Origin: a virus
Taxonomy: Duplodnaviria; Caudoviricetes
Virus record (IMG/VR): IMGVR_UViG_3300025870_001068
Coordinates: 1-28,473 of that record
Length of the DNA: 28,473 bases
Direction: 5' to 3' (one strand)
The number at the start of each line of letters is the position of its first letter. Position 1 is the first letter of the stretch. A program made the position numbers and the translations under genes. Below are positions 14,788-23,819 of the stretch, piece by piece. A model generated the notes under the pieces. That model ran no database searches, was not told the DNA's origin, and saw only the letters and a program-made list of their open reading frames with translations.

Positions 14788-16890
14788 TTATAAGCCTGAT
14801 AGCTCTCTTATTCTTGCTATCTCTTGTGGCTCTTCTGTTTCTTTGTAACCCATTACTTCTGCTACTTTGTTATTGATCATTTCAATAAATTGTTTAGCAG
14901 GTGTAATAAATTTCTCACCGTAGTCTTTCTCTACCATTGTTAGTACTGCTGTTTCACCTTTTGGAAACTGTCCGTTTTCTCTATCAAAGTAACTTAGTAT
15001 GAACTCGCCTAATGGAGTCTTTTCGTCCTTTTCAAGTGCATTGCCTTCGTCAGTATTATCAATCATGTCAGCTGCTTTTTCTACGTCTTCTTCATCCGGG
15101 GCTTGTTTGCCTACAACTTTAGCAAACTCGGAATGCAATGCATTTGAAATAGGAGCAAGTTCTGGTGCTTTATACATAGCGCCAAATGGATCATCCATAA
15201 ATTCGTCTTCACCAAACTTCTTTATCAATGCCGCACATTCGCCTTTTTCCATTGCGTCAGTAGGAATACCTGAGTCTAAATAATATTTGAAATAGCCATT
15301 TGCTAAATCATAAGCATCATATGAACGCTTGCCTTCGTATTTGCTATACCAAGCCTGAAGAGCATCTTTATCAATGCCTTCATTAGTGTCATCAGTTAAA
15401 CCTTCGTCCATGTTATCGACTATTTGTTCAATCACGCCTTGGATAATATCATCTCTATCGTCGTCAGCATGTAAGCCGTGTTCCATACCGTATTCGGTAA
15501 TTTCTTGGTCAAGCTCTTGATCGCTCATGCCCATTGCTTTTGCTAGTGCTTCTTCGCCACCTTTTTCATATGCTGACATAAATTCGTCTGCCATTGCATC
15601 TGCTTTGCTTGGCTCTGCTTGCGGGTCAAAACTTTCATCTGCAACATGTACTGATACCATATCGTCGCCGTTGTTAAGTCCGCCTTTTTTAACTTTTACA
15701 TTGTCTTTGCCGTACTTTGCTACAGCTTCTTCTGGTGACATACTAGTTTGCTTCCACTTCATATCACCTTCAGCAAACTGGCCCATCATTTCTTCAAACG
15801 CTGATTCAATTTCCATTTCTTCTTTGCTTAGTTGTAAGCCTGACTCTTCTACTTCTTCGTCTGATTCACGCATGTCACCTTGGTATACTTCGTAGCCTTC
15901 TAAGTCCATTGGACCTAAAGTTGTTGCACGAGTGTTTTCACTTACTAGGTTATAAATGTAAGGGAATACATCTTTAAGTTCTTCGTTAAACTGACGTATA
16001 GTTAATTCATCAATCCAATTTTCTGCAACATCTTGTGGTACTTCTTTTACTTCTGTTTTTTCAAAACTTTCAAATGCTTCAGTATAATATGCTTTCTTTT
16101 GTAAACTTTCTACAGTCTTTTTAACTGTTGTTAAACGTTCTTTAACAACATCAACATATCCAGATAGTCCTTCTGCCATTACATTTGAGCGACTCATGTA
16201 ACTTTTGAATTTCTTTAATTTAGATAGCTCTTCGCTTAATCCTACAATATGTTTACCAAATTCGTCATACGCATTGCCGCCTTCTGCAACGTGTCTCGCC
16301 ATTGCCCTAGCACCATTAATATGTTTATATGGATATTTAAATCTTTCGCCTTCTGCACTTTCAATATAGATGCTTTCAACGTTTTGTGTTCTACCTGCAG
16401 CTCTTTCTTGATTCACTGCTTGGTTATGACGTAATACAAGCCTTGCGCCATCAAAATCTTGATAACTTAATCTACTTGTACCGTAAAGTTTACCTTCGCT
16501 CATTGTTTCTTCCTCTGTACGGTTATTTGCTAAAAATTTGTAATCTCTTCTATTTAAATTTGATTTATTAATATCTCTAGTATCAAAGTTTAACATACGC
16601 TTTTTTGCAAATTGCCTTAATTCCTTTAAAAAATTGTACCAACTCTCTTTAGTAAGACTGTCTTCGTTAGTAACTAGTCCTTGGTTGTATACTACTGATA
16701 CTCCCTTTTCGTCTAAACTAATAGATATCTTTCCTACAGCTCTGCCTTCAGTTATAAAATCAAAATCATAAAATCTTGCTTGTTCAGGCGTTGTAGTTAC
16801 ATTGCCTTCACCGTCGCCAATAGTAACACTCGGAAAGCGTCCTCTTATCTTATTAAATAATTCTTTGGCTACTATGTTTAATGTTTGCAT
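14788..16890 (-). CDS. large acidic protein, probable virion/head-internal protein
   Basis: Late promoter; lies next to terL; many hydrophobic-x-E sites; C-terminal EIARIRELSGL. Confidence 0.6.
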   Translation of the reverse strand: MQTLNIVAKELFNKIRGRFPSVTIGDGEGNVTTTPEQARFYDFDFITEGRAVGKISISLDEKGVSVVYNQGLVTNEDSLTKESWYNFLKELRQFAKKRMLNFDTRDINKSNLNRRDYKFLANNRTEEETMSEGKLYGTSRLSYQDFDGARLVLRHNQAVNQERAAGRTQNVESIYIESAEGERFKYPYKHINGARAMARHVAEGGNAYDEFGKHIVGLSEELSKLKKFKSYMSRSNVMAEGLSGYVDVVKERLTTVKKTVESLQKKAYYTEAFESFEKTEVKEVPQDVAENWIDELTIRQFNEELKDVFPYIYNLVSENTRATTLGPMDLEGYEVYQGDMRESDEEVEESGLQLSKEEMEIESAFEEMMGQFAEGDMKWKQTSMSPEEAVAKYGKDNVKVKKGGLNNGDDMVSVHVADESFDPQAEPSKADAMADEFMSAYEKGGEEALAKAMGMSDQELDQEITEYGMEHGLHADDDRDDIIQGVIEQIVDNMDEGLTDDTNEGIDKDALQAWYSKYEGKRSYDAYDLANGYFKYYLDSGIPTDAMEKGECAALIKKFGEDEFMDDPFGAMYKAPELAPISNALHSEFAKVVGKQAPDEEDVEKAADMIDNTDEGNALEKDEKTPLGEFILSYFDRENGQFPKGETAVLTMVEKDYGEKFITPAKQFIEMINNKVAEVMGYKETEEPQEIARIRELSGL

Positions 16891-16894
16891 ATTG

Positions 16895-16900
16895 TATTTA
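16895..16900 (-). promoter_or_regulatory. late promoter core TAAATA, 4 nt before the ATG
   Basis: Minus strand reads gaTAAATAcaatATG. Confidence 0.65.
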
Positions 16901-16908
16901 TCAACTCT

Positions 16909-18489
16909 TTAATAGTTTGAACTAATGAAGATTGGCATTGGCGGTTCGTAATCACCGTCATCTTCTGCTTGGTTAAATGTATTATAAATTCTTGGATCCC
17001 AGTCTTTTAGTACTGCCATCATTCTTAATGCAAGTAATGTTGCACTTACTAAGTCGTCTGAAGCACCGGGCTTTGCTTGGTAACTACTACCTGATGCAAT
17101 ATAACTTTTAAGTTCTGATATTAACGGTTTGCTAACTACAGACATCTTTTCGCCTTCAACCATAGTCTTTAATCGACTACAGGCGGTAATTTTTGTTCCA
17201 TGAGTAGTGTTAAACCCTTTGCGGAATTTACGTACATGACCTTTACGCATTGGTTCGCTTACAAATAGCCCTGGTATGTTTTCTTCACCAAAGTCATTAA
17301 TTACTAGTAATGCAGCTTCTCCTATACCGTTGTTTTCTACACTCCAGTATATGCCATTTGTATTACCTATTTCTTGTTCTAAGTATCTACATATATCAGC
17401 AAGTACTCTAATTTGTCCAGGTATTGCTGTTTGGTTATGTTGCCATTCTGCAACTTGTCTATAACTAGGTAATTCATATACTTCGATTGCAGCATTATCG
17501 CCACCTGTACCCATACTAGGATCAAGTGCAACAGCATATGTAAATTCACTACTTGGCTTTTTGTACCAACGTGTTTGGCCCATATTTAATACAGGATTCT
17601 TGCCTTCCATGTTTGCCAAATATATACTATTAATAAGTGTTTCGTCAAATACAAGAAATTCACAACCATATTCACGCCTAAACTTTTCTTCGCCTATGCG
17701 TCCAATTTCTTCTTCTTTCCACTCATCGTCTCTATCTGGATGTTCGTCCCATTGTGCTACAAAACTATGAAATCCATTTATACCTACATCAGTTTCGTTA
17801 CCATGAGAATCAAACTTTTCTTCTGCTTGTTTCCATATCATAGCAAACGTATCTTCGTCACTGTTAGGTGTGCTAGTAATAATAGCTCGTCCACCTGTTG
17901 CCAGTGTAGGAGATATTGAAGTCCAAAACTCTTCAGCAATATTAGGTTGCACAAATGCAAACTCGTCACAGTATAGTAATGATATACTCATACCACGCCC
18001 TGTATTACCTGTTGTAGTTTGTGCTACAATACGTGATCCGTTTTCAAATTCAATTGATTGTTTATTATAACTTGTAACTCCTGCTCTAATATGGTCTGGA
18101 CAAGTTTCATACACGTAACGTATACGTGACATAATTTCTTGGGCACCTGTATATTTGTGTGCTGCTACAAGTATAGTTTGATCTGAATTAAACATAGCAT
18201 ACCAAGCAAGGTATATACTAGCACACGTAGTTTTGCCTGTTTGTCTAGGCATCATGTTTATATTAAATCTAAAACTGTGATAACTATCCATTAATCGTAA
18301 TTGATACTCATACGGATCAAATAATAGTTTACCTTGTACAGGATGTTGTATGAATGCAAACTTACGTGCAAAGTACATATATCCATTATCCGGATCCATA
18401 CAGTTGGCCAGGTCTTGAATTTGTTCTTCGTTGAACGTTTCTTTTTGATTTGCTTTTTTGGTGAGAACACCGTCTAAACTCTTACTCAT
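16909..18489 (-). CDS. terL: terminase large subunit (T4 gp17-like)
   Basis: LFDPYEYQ, Walker A PRQTGKTT, Walker B LLYCDEFAF, ITSTPN, and nuclease motifs ALDPSMG and DDLV. Confidence 0.95.
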   Translation of the reverse strand: MSKSLDGVLTKKANQKETFNEEQIQDLANCMDPDNGYMYFARKFAFIQHPVQGKLLFDPYEYQLRLMDSYHSFRFNINMMPRQTGKTTCASIYLAWYAMFNSDQTILVAAHKYTGAQEIMSRIRYVYETCPDHIRAGVTSYNKQSIEFENGSRIVAQTTTGNTGRGMSISLLYCDEFAFVQPNIAEEFWTSISPTLATGGRAIITSTPNSDEDTFAMIWKQAEEKFDSHGNETDVGINGFHSFVAQWDEHPDRDDEWKEEEIGRIGEEKFRREYGCEFLVFDETLINSIYLANMEGKNPVLNMGQTRWYKKPSSEFTYAVALDPSMGTGGDNAAIEVYELPSYRQVAEWQHNQTAIPGQIRVLADICRYLEQEIGNTNGIYWSVENNGIGEAALLVINDFGEENIPGLFVSEPMRKGHVRKFRKGFNTTHGTKITACSRLKTMVEGEKMSVVSKPLISELKSYIASGSSYQAKPGASDDLVSATLLALRMMAVLKDWDPRIYNTFNQAEDDGDYEPPMPIFISSNY

Positions 18490-18494
18490 AATAG

Positions 18495-18500
18495 TATTTA
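18495..18500 (-). promoter_or_regulatory. late promoter core TAAATA, 5 nt before the terL ATG
   Basis: Minus strand reads gtTAAATActattATG; the TAA is also the stop codon of the upstream ORF. Confidence 0.65.
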
Positions 18501-18836
18501 ACCAATTATATCGTCGTAGTAGCCTGTATCGAATCTTAGATCAAATAGCTTACGTTTGTCTTGTTGTATTAGTATTGGAACTGGAGAAGCATAATCACCG
18601 TGTGTAGGTTCACTCCACAACCATTCGTATTTCTCGCTTACGTCAACTTTTTTGCAAAGTTTTTTAAGACGTCTACGATTGTATCCTTTACAAATGTATA
18701 TAATTGCTTGATTGTTATCTAGTTCTTCTATTTCGTTATCCCAGTATTTTACTTTTATTTCACCCTTTTTCCATGCCGCTCCGCTCCACGGACACACAGG
18801 TTTTATATGTTCAAAGTACTTGGTCCAATCTGTCAT
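18498..18836 (-). CDS. hypothetical protein (112 aa)
   Basis: Has its own late promoter; VCPW motif; function not recognised. Confidence 0.7.
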   Translation of the reverse strand: MTDWTKYFEHIKPVCPWSGAAWKKGEIKVKYWDNEIEELDNNQAIIYICKGYNRRRLKKLCKKVDVSEKYEWLWSEPTHGDYASPVPILIQQDKRKLFDLRFDTGYYDDIIG

Positions 18837-18841
18837 AAAAG

Positions 18842-18847
18842 TATTTA
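18842..18847 (-). promoter_or_regulatory. late promoter core TAAATA, 5 nt before the ATG
   Basis: Minus strand reads gTAAATActtttATG. Confidence 0.62.
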
Positions 18848-18850
18848 CAG

Positions 18851-18878
18851 AAAAAAATAGGCTCCTAAGAGCCTATTT
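18851..18878 (-). terminator. rho-independent terminator
   Basis: Minus strand reads AAATAGGCTC-TTAG-GAGCCTATTT followed by TTTT. Confidence 0.85.
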
Positions 18879-18904
18879 GGATTTATTAAAATTTAATAAA
18901 GTTG

Positions 18905-19753
18905 TTACTTACAACCGCATGATGCACATGCCATTAATTTCTGTTTGCCTGGCTTACCACATTCAGGACAATCAGTTTCTTTTACTTTTTTCTTTTTGCC
19001 ACGTCCACGTCCTTCGGCTGCCATTTTTTCATTTAATGCTGCCCAAAGTTGCTCTTTAACACTAGCTTCAACTGTTTGATGCATTGCTGGATCTTTTGCA
19101 CGGATTGCACCTTTTGGCTTTTCGCCGTTAATGCCTCCACTTATATCTTTTGTCATATAGTTATGATCTCTATATTCTTCTTCTGGTGAGTTGTCATAAC
19201 CTGCTTCAGTTGCTACGTCATCAGTCATTTTGTCGCCTATATGAGCGCCAGCTGCTGTTGTAGCCAATTGTCCTACTGTAGAACCTATAGCTGCACCAAC
19301 TGGTCCACCTATAGCACCACCTATTGCCGGGGCTGCCATAGAACCTGCTACTCCGCCTGCTACTCCACCTAAGAAGCCTTCTTCAGAATCGTCATCGCCT
19401 GGTACTTCGTCTTGTCCTGGCTCTTCAGGATCATCAATATCTTTATCTGTACCAAAGTGTTCATGACCTTTACCATCATATGGTTCGTCAATCATACTTC
19501 TAAATTTTTCCATATCGCCACGCATTGGACCTGATGCTTCTGAATCGCCATCAACATCGCCAATTCCTGCATTTTTCATCATGTCAATTAAGTCTGCAAC
19601 ATGTTCTTTTCCGCTTGCATTTATACTCACGTTCATGCTTACTGGAGTACCTGGATTTTCCGGATATCCCATTTCGTTAACAACTGACTCATTCAACTGT
19701 TCTGTTGAAGATTCAATGTTGTCCATTTTTTGAATTAGATTCTTTAAATCCAT
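18905..19753 (-). CDS. acidic, probably head-internal protein with a glycine-zipper segment and a C-terminal Cys-rich tail
   Basis: GFLGGVAGGVAG...GGAIGGPVGAAIG; GRGRGKKKK; CPEC...CASCGC; repeated x-x-E sites. Confidence 0.65.
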   Translation of the reverse strand: MDLKNLIQKMDNIESSTEQLNESVVNEMGYPENPGTPVSMNVSINASGKEHVADLIDMMKNAGIGDVDGDSEASGPMRGDMEKFRSMIDEPYDGKGHEHFGTDKDIDDPEEPGQDEVPGDDDSEEGFLGGVAGGVAGSMAAPAIGGAIGGPVGAAIGSTVGQLATTAAGAHIGDKMTDDVATEAGYDNSPEEEYRDHNYMTKDISGGINGEKPKGAIRAKDPAMHQTVEASVKEQLWAALNEKMAAEGRGRGKKKKVKETDCPECGKPGKQKLMACASCGCK

Positions 19754-19755
19754 AA

Positions 19756-20316
19756 TTAACTCCCTATTACGCTAGTAGCGTTTTCTTTAATGTCTTCGTC
19801 TTTTACTATTTCGCCTGTTACTGCTGATTCAGTAGGATCCATGTCGCGTTCTTTACGTGCAACTTCAAGCTCTTTTAGTAAGTCCATTACTCTGTTGCTT
19901 CCAACTTCTGCTTGACCACTTGTGCCGCCCATGTCTTCTTGTGTTAACATTGGCTCATACTCGCCGTCTTCTTTAGGCGTTTGGTATTCTTCTTGTGGCT
20001 CGTTTGGATTACGAACAATAAAATGACCTTGGTCTATTCCACAACATTTTGCTAGGTATTCTTGTAATACTTGTGTTGTTGTTGGATAGTTTACTGATAC
20101 TTCAAAATAAGTTACTTCTGTATTTTGTAGTTGTGGAAAGTCTAACGGTCTTTCTTGTATTGGAGTTTTCTTCCCTGCTGACATATTAACAACATCATAT
20201 TTCTTTAATGCTGTTTCTAATGAATCGGCAAAGCCTTCAGGTAACTCACCTGCTACTCCTATTTTAAAAGGGTACGTTTTTTTTGTTTCTGTTAAAAATT
20301 CTGTGAAAGATTTCAT
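19756..20316 (-). CDS. probable head-internal/virion protein
   Basis: The N-terminus MKSFTEFLTE resembles the T4 internal-protein capsid targeting sequence; late promoter upstream. Confidence 0.62.
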   Translation of the reverse strand: MKSFTEFLTETKKTYPFKIGVAGELPEGFADSLETALKKYDVVNMSAGKKTPIQERPLDFPQLQNTEVTYFEVSVNYPTTTQVLQEYLAKCCGIDQGHFIVRNPNEPQEEYQTPKEDGEYEPMLTQEDMGGTSGQAEVGSNRVMDLLKELEVARKERDMDPTESAVTGEIVKDEDIKENATSVIGS

Positions 20317-20339
20317 GTTAGTATTTCCTATCGTATATA

Positions 20340-20831
20340 TTATTTATCTTTATCAATACCTTTTAGGCGTTCTAGTAGACTATTCCTATCAGTTACTACA
20401 AAGCCTTCTCCGTTAACAACGTCCCCGGTATCTATGGAATCTTTGTCCATTTTTTCTTTTTTAAGTTGCAGTTCTACCATTTTTAGCTTATTATTAAGTT
20501 TAGCTACTTTAGCATCAAGGCCAGTCTTAAGCATGCCGCCTGCAACTTCAAACACACGACCACTATAACGACTCTCAACATTCATACCAAGATCCATTAG
20601 ATCGTCATATGCCGTTAACGCACGGTCAGCAATATCATTTAATTCAGAGTCTGCTTTTTCGCCTAACCCTTTTACTGCAGGCAATGCGCCAGCAATTTTA
20701 TCAAACTCTGCTATATCACGAAACGTATCTTGTTGTTCAATAACTGCGGTTTTTACTTTTTCTTTTTTTGCATCATCAATAAATTCTTTTGAGTCCGGCA
20801 AATTTAATAAGTCTTCTAATTTTTTAGTCAT
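20340..20831 (-). CDS. probable terminase small subunit (gp16-like)
   Basis: Helical 163-aa protein; GRVFEVAGGMLK resembles the gp16 PRxxEV helix; C-terminal VVTDRNSLLERLK; close to terL. Confidence 0.5.
   Translation of the reverse strand: MTKKLEDLLNLPDSKEFIDDAKKEKVKTAVIEQQDTFRDIAEFDKIAGALPAVKGLGEKADSELNDIADRALTAYDDLMDLGMNVESRYSGRVFEVAGGMLKTGLDAKVAKLNNKLKMVELQLKKEKMDKDSIDTGDVVNGEGFVVTDRNSLLERLKGIDKDK
20341..20346 (-). promoter_or_regulatory. late promoter core TAAATA
   Basis: Encoded by the last codons GAT AAA TAA of the upstream gene. Confidence 0.55.
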
Positions 20832-20857
20832 TGGATCTTTCCATTATATGCTAGTAT

Positions 20858-20863
20858 TATTTA
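20858..20863 (-). promoter_or_regulatory. late promoter core TAAATA
   Basis: Overlaps the TAA stop of the gp4-like gene. Confidence 0.55.
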
Positions 20864-21298
20864 GCGTCTTTTGCCGCTGTGGAAAATATCTTTTTCAGAT
20901 ATTACTCTAAAACGAATACCTTTTGATTTGCACCACTTAGAAGCAGCTTCCCACTTTGCTTGATTAACTACCCAAGCAGCTTGATTATGCCTACTACGGC
21001 CTAACTTTTCAAATACTGTTTGATTCTCAGGTTTAACTTCAATAAGTTCGACTTGTTGTCCACCTTTTTTACCTGTATAAACTATAAAAAAGTCTGGTAC
21101 GTATATAGTATGTTTACCTGTTAATGGATTTCTATAAGGTATTTTTACAGCTTCGCTTGCCCATTTTTCTACACTTTTATGTTCGTCACAGAATTTCATA
21201 AAAGCAAACTCCCAACTACTTCTATAAGTTGGTGTTCTATTACCTACATACTTTTCTGGATATTTTGGAGTATACTTGCCTTGTGCAAAACGGCCCAT
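20861..21298 (-). CDS. head completion nuclease (T4 gp4-like, TnsA-type PD-(D/E)xK)
   Basis: PEKYVG, YRSSWE, YVPDF, LIEVKP and NQAKWEAA motifs. Confidence 0.9.
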   Translation of the reverse strand: MGRFAQGKYTPKYPEKYVGNRTPTYRSSWEFAFMKFCDEHKSVEKWASEAVKIPYRNPLTGKHTIYVPDFFIVYTGKKGGQQVELIEVKPENQTVFEKLGRSRHNQAAWVVNQAKWEAASKWCKSKGIRFRVISEKDIFHSGKRR

Positions 21299-21302
21299 GA
21301 TA

Positions 21303-21668
21303 TTACTCTACAATGTTTCTTCGTTCTAATTTTTCTGAAACTGATGTTGACCGAAAGCCTAGTGTACTGACTTTGTTTCTATCATAATTTAAAATTTCAG
21401 CAACGATTTCACTGAGTTGGATTTTATTTAATCCTTTAAGAGTATCAATTATTTCAAATACGTTTACATTATCAATTTTGGCTTGTTGTAATATAACTGT
21501 TGCTGTGCTTCTTGCAGCTAATTTTTCAAAACCTTTGTTTTCAAAAAAGCCAACAACTGCATCAACTTGGTTACTTGGATATGATATTGACTCTGTAAAA
21601 TACTGATCAAAAAATCTTTTAGTTCCGTCAGCTGAGTCGTTAGTTTGTACTGGTAAGTTACTAGACAT
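21303..21668 (-). CDS. hypothetical protein in the morphogenesis module (121 aa)
   Basis: Overlaps the upstream gene and shares its late operon. Confidence 0.7.
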   Translation of the reverse strand: MSSNLPVQTNDSADGTKRFFDQYFTESISYPSNQVDAVVGFFENKGFEKLAARSTATVILQQAKIDNVNVFEIIDTLKGLNKIQLSEIVAEILNYDRNKVSTLGFRSTSVSEKLERRNIVE

Positions 21669-23055
21669 TAGATGTAATTCCTTGCGTTGCTCTATATGAA
21701 GTAACTATTTTATTACCAACTGAAAGGACCCTAGGATCTCCAGAAGCAATTTTTTCATCAACTTCATTTTTAATTGCATTTTTCTCTTGGACTGTTAGTG
21801 TATCATATACTCCTAGTCCAACAGCATTACCCTCTGATAGCCCTGCTACTGTTGATGCTACTACACCAGTAGCAACTAATTGTTTTGCTACAGCATCTTT
21901 TAACCCTGGTGTATTTGCTAATTCTGTTTCTATTTGTACATTAGAAAGCATCTTATCAACTTTCTTTGTCACAACAGGAGTTGCTGTTGTAACGTTATTC
22001 TGTCCTGTTCCGCCGCTTTTTGGAAAACTTGAGTTTGCTAAGCCACTTACGTTTGCACCTGTTGCAGATGATAGTCCTCTACCTACTACACTATACCCTT
22101 CGTTACGTACACCTTCTTTAGTTAATTTTTTAGCATTTTTAATTGTATTAGTTGCTTTAATTAATGTTCCTAATCCAACGTTACCGCTACTAAGATCACT
22201 AAACACACTTGCACCACCGGCTAATACTCCGCCTGCGCCGAGTAAACTAGCTGCACCGCCGCCTGCTAAACTAATTGGACTAGGTGATGTATCATAATGT
22301 TCTGTACCAAACCCAACAGGAGCATTACCTTCTTCAACAGCACCTGTACTATAAAATACTGATTCGTATAATATTTGCATTGTATTTTGTGATGTTTCGC
22401 CACCAGCTGATTGATCCATAGTATCATGTTGGAAACTACTAATAATAGGATTAACTAATGTATATGTTATGTATTGATGTCTAGCCATTTGGCTAATTTG
22501 AATACTATTAAAAAATGGTGCATACGAATTATTATCAAAGCCGTATCTAAAATTATTTAATGTTTTGCCTTCATATGTATTATGCGGCATAAATCCTGCA
22601 GATGTTTGGTTAGGTTTGCCAGCTGCATCTAGGCTTCCTAAGTTACCGTCTACGTAGTAATACCTATAATAGCTTTCCCAAAGATAAGAAGTAAGACCCA
22701 TATTATCATCATGAAATGTAATATTAATTGGATCATAGTCTAATCTAACTTGTAGATTTTTCTTACGATTATATTTGTTCTTAGTTTCAGTTTGTATATT
22801 ATACTTTGGTAAGTCTGCTGTCTTAACTAGCATGTTAACTTCTAGTCCATGCTTTTTATCAAAGTTGGGACGAACCTTTTTAATTACGTCTTCATTTAGA
22901 TTAAATGCTACATGATAAAGAAACTTAGTCTTGGGTGCTAATCTAAAGTTATCATCTGTGTATAGTCGGGAAGCATGACGATAGTCCGCCATGTCACCTT
23001 TAGGGTTTAAAGCCCCACTTACTAAATTATCTAAAAATCCGCCAAACTTGCTCAT
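21661..23055 (-). CDS. tail tube-fold baseplate/tube initiator protein (gp48/gp54-like)
   Basis: VKTADLPKYNI...YNRK...YDPINITFHDD parallels the adjacent tube protein; Gly/Ala-rich C-terminal half. Confidence 0.6.
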   Translation of the reverse strand: MSKFGGFLDNLVSGALNPKGDMADYRHASRLYTDDNFRLAPKTKFLYHVAFNLNEDVIKKVRPNFDKKHGLEVNMLVKTADLPKYNIQTETKNKYNRKKNLQVRLDYDPINITFHDDNMGLTSYLWESYYRYYYVDGNLGSLDAAGKPNQTSAGFMPHNTYEGKTLNNFRYGFDNNSYAPFFNSIQISQMARHQYITYTLVNPIISSFQHDTMDQSAGGETSQNTMQILYESVFYSTGAVEEGNAPVGFGTEHYDTSPSPISLAGGGAASLLGAGGVLAGGASVFSDLSSGNVGLGTLIKATNTIKNAKKLTKEGVRNEGYSVVGRGLSSATGANVSGLANSSFPKSGGTGQNNVTTATPVVTKKVDKMLSNVQIETELANTPGLKDAVAKQLVATGVVASTVAGLSEGNAVGLGVYDTLTVQEKNAIKNEVDEKIASGDPRVLSVGNKIVTSYRATQGITSNV

Positions 23056-23060
23056 ACTAA

Positions 23061-23066
23061 TATTTA
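23061..23066 (-). promoter_or_regulatory. late promoter core TAAATA, 5 nt before the ATG
   Basis: Minus strand reads gaTAAATAttagtATG. Confidence 0.65.
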
Positions 23067-23090
23067 TCCATGTGAGTTATATGCGTAGAT

Positions 23091-23120
23091 AAAAAAAAGG
23101 GACCTATAAAAGATCCCTTC
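23091..23120 (-). terminator. rho-independent terminator after the tail tube gene
   Basis: Minus strand reads AAGGGATCT-TTTAT-AGGTCCCTT followed by a T run. Confidence 0.8.
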
Positions 23121-23145
23121 TTTAATTTTGTAATTACAATTACGT

Positions 23146-23784
23146 TTAGCTTACACCAGTTGTAGATGCAATAGCTGCAACTGATCTGCCAATAGCAGTA
23201 CCAACACCGCCTCCGCTAGCGCCTTGAGTTTGTATAGCGTTGTCGTATTTAATAGCTAGTGAAACTGTAACTGGCTCATTAGCAGTGTATGCTAATGTGT
23301 TATAGTTTGCACTTTCTAAATAACAACCGTATACTTCAAAAGTTTCTAACACAGTTGGTGCATAGTTACCGTTACCACCGTCTAGTATTTCGATCCTAGT
23401 TACGAACTTATAATCAATTCCGCTTGCAGCACTTGATTGCTCCATAAAGTCGAATTGCTTCTGTAGTTGTTCGCCGACTAATTTTTGAACAGCACCTGTT
23501 GCATCGTCTCTTAAGTTCAATGTAATAGCTTCCCAAGTATGTTTACCTGCTAGGTATACTCTTGAGTTGTAAACGTCAATCGTCATAGTTTCGAAGCTAA
23601 CGTTTGGTCTAGTAACATCAACAACCTGTTTTGTTAATTCTGTAACTTCCCCTGCACTTACACCAAAGTTCTCCAAGCTCACTCTAAAGCGATATTGAAG
23701 TTTTGGCATCAACAGTCCTTGGTTGGAAGAACTGCTGTCACTTGCTAGTGGAACTGTAATTTTTGATAGTGATGAAATAGCCAT
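23146..23784 (-). CDS. tail tube protein (gp19-like)
   Basis: PKLQYRFRV, VTRPNV, YLAGKHTWEAITLNLRDD and GCYL...LAY...YDNA; immediately downstream of the sheath gene. Confidence 0.85.
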   Translation of the reverse strand: MAISSLSKITVPLASDSSSSNQGLLMPKLQYRFRVSLENFGVSAGEVTELTKQVVDVTRPNVSFETMTIDVYNSRVYLAGKHTWEAITLNLRDDATGAVQKLVGEQLQKQFDFMEQSSAASGIDYKFVTRIEILDGGNGNYAPTVLETFEVYGCYLESANYNTLAYTANEPVTVSLAIKYDNAIQTQGASGGGVGTAIGRSVAAIASTTGVS

Positions 23785-23807
23785 TTAATTTGCTCCTGTT
23801 ATAGTAT

Positions 23808-23813
23808 TATTTA
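23808..23813 (-). promoter_or_regulatory. late promoter core TAAATA for the tail tube gene
   Basis: Minus strand reads gaTAAATAatactataacAGGAGcaaattaaATG. Confidence 0.65.
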
Positions 23814-23819
23814 TCATTC

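Noticed and set aside
2441-18489. Inteins or introns in uvsW, uvsX or terL
   Set aside because: All three have normal lengths and contiguous motifs.
18882-18900. AT-only palindrome TTTATTAAA-A-TTTAATAAA
   Set aside because: Low complexity in AT-rich DNA next to a clear terminator; no function can be supported.
20861-21298. Tn7 TnsA transposase
   Set aside because: Size, motifs and context fit the T4 gp4-like head completion nuclease; no tnsB/tnsC or transposon ends are present.
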